Assembly: GCA_048939995.1 (NCBI GenBank)
Contig: JBHLOY010000030.1
Location: 1-16,538 of the forward strand
Origin: Promethearchaeota archaeon
GTDB taxonomy: Archaea > Asgardarchaeota > Lokiarchaeia > Sigyniarchaeales > SOKP01
Direction: 5' to 3'
DNA length: 16,538 nt
Position 1 is the stretch's first letter. The number at the start of each line of letters is the position of its first letter. Positions 8,468 to 15,601 of this stretch are shown piece by piece. The position numbers and the translations under genes were made by a program. The notes below the pieces were generated by a model, which saw nothing but the letters and a program-made list of their open reading frames with translations, had not been told where the DNA came from and did not search any database.

Positions 8468-9616
8468 TTATGTTACAAATGGATTTTCATATTTTAAAAT
8501 AACCTCAGCGACTTCTGGTCTCATTACTTCGGGATCAGGTGGTTTACCTGCTAAGAGAGCAGCTCTAATCTCTCGACCTGCAAAATAATTCTGCATATTA
8601 GGCGGATGTGGGCAAATTTTATCGTTTACAACTGCTTCACATTTACGGCATTTAGAAAAAGAACGAAATTTAATAGGTTCGATTCCCAAATCTGGAAATT
8701 TGTCAAAAATAAAATGGGCATCATAAGGACCATAATAATCACCCACTCCAGCATGATCTCTTCCAATAATTATATGAGTGCATCCAAAATTCTTACGAGC
8801 TATCGCATGATATATAGCTTCTTTAGGACCTGCATATCTCATCTCTGTTTCAAATGTACTTATTACAACTCGATCCCTAGGATAATATTCTTTAATTAGC
8901 GCTTTATAAGCTTCAATAATTACGATATCCAAGAAATCACCTTCCTTTTTCTTTCCAATTACTGGATTTATGAATAATCCATCGACATATGTTAACCCTG
9001 CTTTTTGTACATACTCGTGACCCAGGTGTGGAGGGTTTCTTGTTTGAAATGCCACCACTCTTTCCCACTTTTTTTCCTTAAATAAGACTCTCGTTTCTAT
9101 AGGCTTTAAATCTAATTCAGGAAAAGAAGCAACTGGTTCATTAATAAGGAAAATCTGTCCTCCCATTAATTTATCTTTATAATTAAAAGTATTGTTAACA
9201 CCTGGATGATTTCTATCTAGTGTTCCATAGGTCTTCATAGCATATTCCTTTTTGTCATAACTATAAATATCTTCGATACTCATGAGAGCAATTGGGTAAT
9301 CTTTTTTGTCTGTTAAAATAATTTGATCATCTGGCTCAATATTCTTGGCTTCCTCATCTGAAACATCTAGAGTAATAGGAATCGGCCAAGGAACATCCTT
9401 TTCTAAATACATCGTGTCTAAAACATATTGATAATCATTTTGATTCATAAAACCTTCTAAAGGACTGAAAACTCCAAATGAAATACTTTTAATTATCTTT
9501 AGGGTTTCATTATCTACTTGGATTTTTTCAAACTCGTTGGTTTGTTTTAAAATCCTTTCTTTCTCAAACTTAGGTAACACTTTATTAATTAAAGTGCCTC
9601 CATGTGGCGCTATCAT
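8468..9616 (-). CDS. sat: Sulfate adenylyltransferase (ATP sulfurylase, Sat type)
   Basis: 382 aa. 'MIAPHGG.L', 'SPLEGFM', 'WPIPITL', 'HPGV', 'VAFQTRNPPHLGHEY', 'MRYAGPKEA', 'GRDHAGVGDYY', Zn site 'CRKC...CPH' and 'MRPEV'. Confidence 0.97.
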   Translation of the reverse strand: MIAPHGGTLINKVLPKFEKERILKQTNEFEKIQVDNETLKIIKSISFGVFSPLEGFMNQNDYQYVLDTMYLEKDVPWPIPITLDVSDEEAKNIEPDDQIILTDKKDYPIALMSIEDIYSYDKKEYAMKTYGTLDRNHPGVNNTFNYKDKLMGGQIFLINEPVASFPELDLKPIETRVLFKEKKWERVVAFQTRNPPHLGHEYVQKAGLTYVDGLFINPVIGKKKEGDFLDIVIIEAYKALIKEYYPRDRVVISTFETEMRYAGPKEAIYHAIARKNFGCTHIIIGRDHAGVGDYYGPYDAHFIFDKFPDLGIEPIKFRSFSKCRKCEAVVNDKICPHPPNMQNYFAGREIRAALLAGKPPDPEVMRPEVAEVILKYENPFVT

Positions 9617-9662
9617 TATTTTTTCCTTTAAAGTTAATTTAATTTCTATTATAAGTTAAAAT

Positions 9663-9902
9663 TTAATCAATATAACCTAAGTCTCTCAGTCTTTGTTTAA
9701 CTTTCTCTTCCTCTTCTTCAGTAAAAGCTTGTTTTGATCGTTCTTCTTCTTCAATGGAAGATAGAACTTGCCTAAGAATATAAGTCACATAACTAGAAAC
9801 TGAGGAGAATCCTGTTCCCTTCATTCGCTCTTTTATTTTTTCTGCTAATACTTTAGGGATTGATACTGTTGTATATTCAACCTTATGTTCATCTTCGGAC
9901 AT
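9663..9902 (-). CDS. Ribbon-helix-helix (CopG/MetJ/Arc-like) DNA-binding protein with acidic 'RLxxLGY' C-terminal tail
   Basis: 79 aa. A beta-strand 'YTTVSIP', helix A 'KVLAEKIKERM', 'GFSSVS' turn and helix B 'SYVTYILRQVL' form the RHH pattern. The tail is 'FTEEEEEKVKQRLRDLGYID'. It is the first gene of the sat operon. Confidence 0.82.
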   Translation of the reverse strand: MSEDEHKVEYTTVSIPKVLAEKIKERMKGTGFSSVSSYVTYILRQVLSSIEEEERSKQAFTEEEEEKVKQRLRDLGYID

Positions 9903-9950
9903 TGCATATCAATTATAGAATTTAATTATATTTAATTAAATAAAATTAAT

Positions 9951-9970
9951 ATTTATAAAAAACCTTTCTA
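9951..9970 (-). promoter_or_regulatory. Putative archaeal promoter (BRE + TATA box) for the RHH-sat-NPP-cysC operon
   Basis: The minus strand reads TAGAAAGGTTT-TTTATAAA-T: a purine-rich BRE-like element just upstream of TTTATAAA (9952-9959), about 50 nt before the RHH ATG. The AT-rich background weakens specificity. Confidence 0.45.
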
Positions 9971-10133
9971 AAGTACCTCTTGAAATAAATATCATTTATA
10001 AATAAAATAAATAGAACCCCAGAATTGAAATTATATCAATTTATCTCAAATGTTTATTAAGTAAAGTAGATAATAAATAAATATAATAGACATTTTTAGG
10101 GCAATTTTTCAAAAAATTAAAATAATTAAAATT

Positions 10134-11159
10134 ATGCAAGTTTCTCATCCAAGTATATCCATTATATTTCCTTCCTATAATGGTGTAAAATTTCTTGAAA
10201 GAAATTTAAATTCAATAAAATCATTAGATAACTTGGATGAAATTGAATTAATCATTATAGATAATAAATCGAAAGATTCCAGTATAAAGGTAATAAACTC
10301 ATTTGAGAATTATATTAATATTAAGCTTGTAAAAAATAAATGCAATGAAGGATTTGCTGAAGCATGTAATTGTGGAGTAATTAACGCAGATGGAGATTTT
10401 GTATTTATCACCAATCAAGACGTTGTTTTTCCTCCCGATTTTTTCTCTAAATTGAAAAATTTATACTTCAAATATAAAAGAAATCATGAGATTGTTATCT
10501 CTCCAGCCCTAGTGTTTGAGAATGGAAGAATACACTATTTTGGAGCAAAAAACCATTTTTTAGGATTTTCTTATACGCCTGAATTAGGTGAGAAATTACC
10601 AAAGAACAAAATATTAAAGATAACGCAAAGATTTTCTGGTGGAACTCTCTTTATAAAAAAGAGCTATTTCTTGGAAATGGGAGGTTTTGAGAAAGAATAT
10701 TTTATGTATTATGAAGACACAGATCTTTCCCTTAAAATGATGAATAATGGAAATATGATTTTAACTACTAATGATCCATACTTAATTCATCAAAAAAAAT
10801 CTCAGAATATGAATAAGCTGCAGTATTTCTTCCTGGAGCGAAACAGATATCTCATTCTACTTAAAAATGTAGACAATCTATCAAAATTATTGCCAATTAT
10901 TATTCTTACTGAATTTATCCTATTATTCCACTCACTTTTTTTAAGAAAATTTCGCTTACGACTCAGAATCTATATGGAATTACTTAAAAAAATTAAGTGC
11001 TATAGAAAATTAAGGGAAAAAGCCAAAAAAGAAAATAAATTAATACCTTATCAGAGTTTATCAAGAACTCTTGATCCTATTTTATTAGGAAAATTAGCGA
11101 AATTGAATGTTTTTAAAAAATTGCTTCATCTTTTTAATCGGCTACTTAAATTTATATGA
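10134..11159 (+). CDS. Glycosyltransferase family 2 (GT-A; resembles rhamnosyltransferase-like GT2s)
   Basis: 341 aa. 'SIIFPSYN', 'IIDNKSKD', 'NEGFAEACN.G', 'NQD', 'GGFE..YFMYYEDTDLS' and 'ERNR'. Confidence 0.92.
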   Translation: MQVSHPSISIIFPSYNGVKFLERNLNSIKSLDNLDEIELIIIDNKSKDSSIKVINSFENYINIKLVKNKCNEGFAEACNCGVINADGDFVFITNQDVVFPPDFFSKLKNLYFKYKRNHEIVISPALVFENGRIHYFGAKNHFLGFSYTPELGEKLPKNKILKITQRFSGGTLFIKKSYFLEMGGFEKEYFMYYEDTDLSLKMMNNGNMILTTNDPYLIHQKKSQNMNKLQYFFLERNRYLILLKNVDNLSKLLPIIILTEFILLFHSLFLRKFRLRLRIYMELLKKIKCYRKLREKAKKENKLIPYQSLSRTLDPILLGKLAKLNVFKKLLHLFNRLLKFI

Positions 11160-11161
11160 TT

Positions 11162-12142
11162 TTAAAACTTCTGCAAGTTCTTAATATATCTGTAATCTGA
11201 GATCATATATTTTCTGCACGATCTATTGGTTCGGCGCCTTACACCAATCCTAAATCCTTGTATAATAGAAATAATTCTAATTTTTATTTTATTCATTTTC
11301 CTAAATAATATATTTAATCCAATAATACCGAGATTCATAATTATAAAAATATAATAAAATATCAGTATATCAAGTATCTTTGCATGTTTCCAAACTAAAA
11401 TTTGTGCGTTTCTTGTAAAAAAGTGATGATTAAACACCATTCTCTCCTCACTGATTATACGGGGAACATTATGATAAATAGTAGTAGTCGGAACATAATA
11501 TGATTTGTATCCTTCTTTTTTGGCTCGAAAATTCCAATCAGGATCTTCATGATACATGAAAAAGATCTCATCAATTAATCCCACTTTGTTTATAACATCT
11601 TTTCTTATAAAGACGGCAGTACCGGGGGCGAAATCAATCTCCTCAATTTTGGTATATTCTCTATTATGGGGATCATATTCTAAATATCCCCTATTTCCTA
11701 TTACTATAGCAGATTTATAGTCTATAAATGAACCCGCATTCCATAAAAGCGCTTCATTATCTAAAATTTTAATTCTTGGACTGATCATTCCAGCATTGGG
11801 ATATTTTTCTAAAAACTCAACCATTCTTTCTACGTAATCAGGTGATAATACTACATCAAAATTCAGCAAACAGATATAATCTCCTTTAGCAGTCTTTATA
11901 GCTTTATTGTTACCTGCTCCGTAATAAAGATTTCTTTTACTTCTGATCAGCTTCAAATTGAGCTCATTCTTAAATTCTTCAAGGCTTTTATTTAAATTTA
12001 AAAATAAATCATATTTTGAACCGTTATCTAATACAATAACTTCAAAATTCTTATAACTTTGATCTAATAATGATTTTACACAAGAAATAGTATCTTGATA
12101 CTTATTATAATTAACAATAATTATAGAAACTAATTTCTCCAT
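11162..12142 (-). CDS. Glycosyltransferase family 2 (GT-A; resembles rhamnosyltransferase-like GT2s)
   Basis: 326 aa. 'VSIIIVNYN', 'VLDNGS', 'N.YYGAGNN', 'LLNFD', 'VGLIDE.FFMYHEDPDW..RA' and 'TRN', with a hydrophobic segment near the C-terminus. Confidence 0.92.
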   Translation of the reverse strand: MEKLVSIIIVNYNKYQDTISCVKSLLDQSYKNFEVIVLDNGSKYDLFLNLNKSLEEFKNELNLKLIRSKRNLYYGAGNNKAIKTAKGDYICLLNFDVVLSPDYVERMVEFLEKYPNAGMISPRIKILDNEALLWNAGSFIDYKSAIVIGNRGYLEYDPHNREYTKIEEIDFAPGTAVFIRKDVINKVGLIDEIFFMYHEDPDWNFRAKKEGYKSYYVPTTTIYHNVPRIISEERMVFNHHFFTRNAQILVWKHAKILDILIFYYIFIIMNLGIIGLNILFRKMNKIKIRIISIIQGFRIGVRRRTNRSCRKYMISDYRYIKNLQKF

Positions 12143-12257
12143 CTAAATCCTTGGAAGGTCTCAGATATATATCTTATTTTAAATTATATTTAATTATGTT
12201 AAATTTTTAGAATATATAAGATTTGTATAGAAACTAATCCAAGCTGAGAATGTTCCA

Positions 12258-13106
12258 ATGAGAAAGTTATATTATATTGACAATAATCCTAAAAGCTCAT
12301 TCTGGGATGTAATGTGGTCTACGAGAACAATTGAACAAGAATTAGAAGCTTGTAAAATAGAAACAGCTCCAAGAATATTATTTTTAAGATTATTACCTAA
12401 AAATGGAAAAATTATTGACGCTGGGTGTGGATTAGGCAAATGGGTTCTTTTTCTAACAAAAAAGGGGTATAAAGTAATAGGTGTGGATAACAATAAAATT
12501 GCGATTGAAAAATTAAAAAAATTCGATTCATCACTTAAGCTGGAAGCAGGAGATATTTTGAATTTAGATTTCCCTGAAAATTTCTTTGATGCTTATATTT
12601 CGATGGGTGTGGTTGAACATTTTGAGGAAGGACCCTTAGCTGTTTTAAAAGAGGCATATCGAGTTTTGAAACCAAATGGCTTAATTTTTCTCTCAACACC
12701 AACAGTAAACATTATTAGAAAAATTTTCATTCAATCCGCTCTAACTATCATCCTTAGAGTCTTCCAACTCATTAGAAATATAAAAATTAAAAATCGAAAG
12801 AAAAAGAAACTAAAGAAGAAACAATATTATCATTTCATTGAATATAGATATACTTTAAAAGAACTGCAAGATTTTTTAGAAAAATCAAACTTTAAAGTAT
12901 TAAAAGCAGTTCCACATGATTTTCACGATTCAAAGAATCATTCAATAGGATTAGGAGTAGATTTTCCCTTTTTGAAAAAAAAAAATAGTGTTAATTTCGA
13001 ATTAAATTTTATAGGTAAAATTCTCTTGCGAATTTTAGATGGGATTTCGCCGTGGTTTGCATGCGCAAGCGTTTTATGCGTTGGAAAATCCTTGAAGAAA
13101 TTTTAA
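12258..13106 (+). CDS. Class I SAM-dependent methyltransferase (probably glycan-modifying)
   Basis: 282 aa. Motif I 'IIDAGCGLG', 'GVD', 'GDI..L.FP...FD', 'VVEHF' and 'EAYRVLKPNG.IFLSTP'. The glycan role is inferred from context only. Confidence 0.88.
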   Translation: MRKLYYIDNNPKSSFWDVMWSTRTIEQELEACKIETAPRILFLRLLPKNGKIIDAGCGLGKWVLFLTKKGYKVIGVDNNKIAIEKLKKFDSSLKLEAGDILNLDFPENFFDAYISMGVVEHFEEGPLAVLKEAYRVLKPNGLIFLSTPTVNIIRKIFIQSALTIILRVFQLIRNIKIKNRKKKKLKKKQYYHFIEYRYTLKELQDFLEKSNFKVLKAVPHDFHDSKNHSIGLGVDFPFLKKKNSVNFELNFIGKILLRILDGISPWFACASVLCVGKSLKKF

Positions 13107-13201
13107 AGAATGAATAAAAAATTATTTATCCTAAGGAATTAGTTTTAAATTTATAAGGCAATAAATAATATTATAAATCCAAAATTAAAGTGTGAAAATA
13201 T

Positions 13202-13945
13202 ATTAAAGGCGTGATCTTAGCGGGTGGAATCGGAACAAGATTAACACCATTAACTAGAGTCACCAATAAACATCTGCTGCCTGTCTATAATGAACCAATG
13301 ATTTATAAGGTTATAAAAACACTCACTAATTCTAGTATAACAGACATCTCAATAGTACTTGGTGGAGAAAGTGTAGGCGATTTTATAAAACTGCTTGGCG
13401 ATGGCTCAGAATTCGGTGCTAACTTCAATTATGTTTATCAACAAGGCCCTGGTGGAATAGCTGAAGCTCTTTATTTGACGAAAAACATCGTTAAAGGTCA
13501 TAAGGTTGCAGTTATATTAGGAGACAACATTTTTGAACAATCTTTTGCTAACGAAGTTAGAGAATTTGAAAATTCTGAAGATTATAATTGCTTTTTATTC
13601 CTAAAAGAAATATCCGAACCTCAACGTTTTGGTGTTGCTGAACTGAATATAAAAGGAGAGATTGTAAATATTGAAGAAAAGCCACTGAAACCTAAATCAA
13701 GTTTATGCGTTACAGGACTCTATTTCTATGATAAGAGAATTTTTGATATTATTAAGAAAGTTATTGATGAAATTGGGTATTCTGAAAGAGGAGAATTAGA
13801 AATTTCTGATGTGAATAATATCTATATAAAAATGGGAAAAACTAAAGCACACATAATCAAAGGATTTTGGTCTGATGCAGGAACCTTTCGTACATTATTA
13901 AGATGTTCAAACTTTATAAAAGACTTTGAGAGTAGGAATGAATAA
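13202..13945 (+). CDS. rmlA: Glucose-1-phosphate thymidylyltransferase-like nucleotidyltransferase (short RmlA/RfbA type)
   Basis: '(I)KGVILAGGIGTRLTPLT...NKHLLPVYNEPMIY', 'YQ..P.GIAEA', 'LGDNIF', 'RFGVA', 'EEKP', 'VTGLYFYD', 'SERGELEISD' and 'W.DAGT'. The ORF track starts at GTG 13211, but ATT at 13202 occupies the conserved Met position. Confidence 0.88.
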   Translation: MKGVILAGGIGTRLTPLTRVTNKHLLPVYNEPMIYKVIKTLTNSSITDISIVLGGESVGDFIKLLGDGSEFGANFNYVYQQGPGGIAEALYLTKNIVKGHKVAVILGDNIFEQSFANEVREFENSEDYNCFLFLKEISEPQRFGVAELNIKGEIVNIEEKPLKPKSSLCVTGLYFYDKRIFDIIKKVIDEIGYSERGELEISDVNNIYIKMGKTKAHIIKGFWSDAGTFRTLLRCSNFIKDFESRNE

Positions 13946-13958
13946 AGCGTTGATGGTT

Positions 13959-14957
13959 TTATCTGTGTTCAAGCTTAATGGTATGCTCTGAATACAATTT
14001 TTTATACCAATTTATAATTGAGGTTTTCTTATTCTTTTCAATAATTCCATCATTTAAAGCATTATAGATATTCTTACTTCCCTCTTTAATTGAAAATTTT
14101 AGTTTAAAAGTTAATTGGCATTCAAGTTTTGAAAAATCAACTCTGTAAGATCTTTTATCAGTTTCACCATACCAAGCTAATTCATAATCATTTCCAGTCG
14201 AATCCCCAATGAGTTTAGCTAATGGGAGAATTTGATAATTTTGATCATTTGAACCTACATTATAAATTTGATTTTGAACTTTTTCTTTATTAGTCTCCAC
14301 CAATGTGCATATCAATCTTGCTACATCTTTTACATGAACATTAGGTCTCCATTGGGTTCCATCTCTCATCACGTTAATCTTTCTGAACTTATACAAACTC
14401 CATGTCATCCCATTTACTACTAAATCAAATCTCATTTTTGGTGAAAATCCATACATTGTAGCAGGTCTAAGAATTGTTACATTAAAGTTTTCATCTGCGA
14501 GGGATAATAGATCTTGTTCTGCTAATAATTTAGATTTTCCATACGCTTCTAATGGATTAGGGATGCTGGTTTCATTCAAGATCTCATTCTGAAATCCATA
14601 CACACTACAAGTAGATGTAAAGATGAATTTATCGATTTTATTAGCTTTACATAATTTTGCCAATCTGGTGGAACCATAATGATTAATTTCATAAAATAAT
14701 TTAGGATCTATGGCTTCTGCTTGATCTGGCTGAGAAATAGCCGCAAGATGAATACACACATCAATTCCCTTCAAAAAAGATTTATTAAATGTCCGAAGAT
14801 CTTCCTTTTTAAGAATAATTTTGTCTATAAAAGGTTTTATAGGTTCAACTCCAAAAAATAGTTTATCTAAACAATAAATATCATACCCCTTTTCAAGAAG
14901 TAATGGAATCAAGATACACCCGAGATATCCACCACCACCAGTAACTAAAATCTTCAA
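13959..14957 (-). CDS. Extended SDR NAD-dependent nucleotide-sugar epimerase/dehydrogenase (WcaG/Cj1427-like, not RmlB)
   Basis: 'KILVTGGGGYLG', 'HLAAIS', 'STCSVYG', 'YGKSK' (YxxxK), 'RPATMYGFSPKMRFDLVVN', 'HVKDVA' and 'DKRSY'. The probable start is TTG at 14957 (alternative: GTG at 14966). Confidence 0.85.
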   Translation of the reverse strand: MKILVTGGGGYLGCILIPLLLEKGYDIYCLDKLFFGVEPIKPFIDKIILKKEDLRTFNKSFLKGIDVCIHLAAISQPDQAEAIDPKLFYEINHYGSTRLAKLCKANKIDKFIFTSTCSVYGFQNEILNETSIPNPLEAYGKSKLLAEQDLLSLADENFNVTILRPATMYGFSPKMRFDLVVNGMTWSLYKFRKINVMRDGTQWRPNVHVKDVARLICTLVETNKEKVQNQIYNVGSNDQNYQILPLAKLIGDSTGNDYELAWYGETDKRSYRVDFSKLECQLTFKLKFSIKEGSKNIYNALNDGIIEKNKKTSIINWYKKLYSEHTIKLEHR

Positions 14958-14983
14958 TTTAACCACTTTAAAAGGTATTTAAA

Positions 14984-15502
14984 TTATCTATTTGGACTAT
15001 AATTCCAATCCCAAGACCTACCTATTCGAAGATCATTGAATTTACCGTTTATCGATTGAGGTATTATATTTTTATCATTCCATGGGCGTCGTTCTTCATC
15101 AGGATCACCATATATGTATAATTTTGTCACACAATACAGTGTTTTCGTTGGTTTCGTACTTACGGCTTTATACCCATGCCATAAGATACCAGGAATTCTA
15201 GCTACTTTTAAACTCTCTTCACTTAATATAATTTCATCCAACTCTCTATTTGTAGGTGAATCCTTTCGATCATCATACGCACAAACTTTTATTGATCCTT
15301 GTAAACAGATAAAATAGTCAACTTGGCCTCTCGAATGTCTATGCCACGCTCTTACGATATTTGCATAACTATGAGATATATTGATCTGTAGAATTCTATC
15401 ATTTTGAGTCAAATCACTCCAATCATTTCTCAATAACTCGGAAAAGAAACCTCTTTCATCCACAAATTTTTTTAACTCTTTTACAACAACACCCTCTATC
15501 AA
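14984..15502 (-). CDS. rmlC: dTDP-4-dehydrorhamnose 3,5-epimerase family (cupin)
   Basis: TTG start. 'MIEGV', 'DERGFFSE', 'Q.N.S.S...VRAWH.H', 'D.RKDSPT', 'IP...WHGY' and 'PWND'. Confidence 0.88.
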   Translation of the reverse strand: MIEGVVVKELKKFVDERGFFSELLRNDWSDLTQNDRILQINISHSYANIVRAWHRHSRGQVDYFICLQGSIKVCAYDDRKDSPTNRELDEIILSEESLKVARIPGILWHGYKAVSTKPTKTLYCVTKLYIYGDPDEERRPWNDKNIIPQSINGKFNDLRIGRSWDWNYSPNR

Positions 15503-15601
15503 TCTAGATACCTACATTTTTCAATTCAATAATATAATTATTCAAGTAGACATTTTATTATAAGTTTTAATAGTTATAAATTTTAAATATAAGTTAATAT
15601 A

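Noticed and set aside
8606-8899. 97-aa plus-strand ORF
   Set aside because: It lies wholly antisense within the highly conserved sat gene and has no protein-like features.
8468-9616. sat as evidence of dissimilatory sulfate reduction or sulfur oxidation
   Set aside because: No aprAB, qmo or dsr is in the window, and linkage to cysC and a sulfotransferase points to PAPS supply.
12272-12493. 73-aa minus-strand ORF
   Set aside because: It is antisense to the methyltransferase SAM-binding region and is likely spurious.
13959-14966. Annotating the SDR as rmlB
   Set aside because: The RmlB catalytic TDE and HVDRS motifs are absent.
15114-15317. 67-aa plus-strand ORF
   Set aside because: It is antisense within rmlC and is likely spurious.
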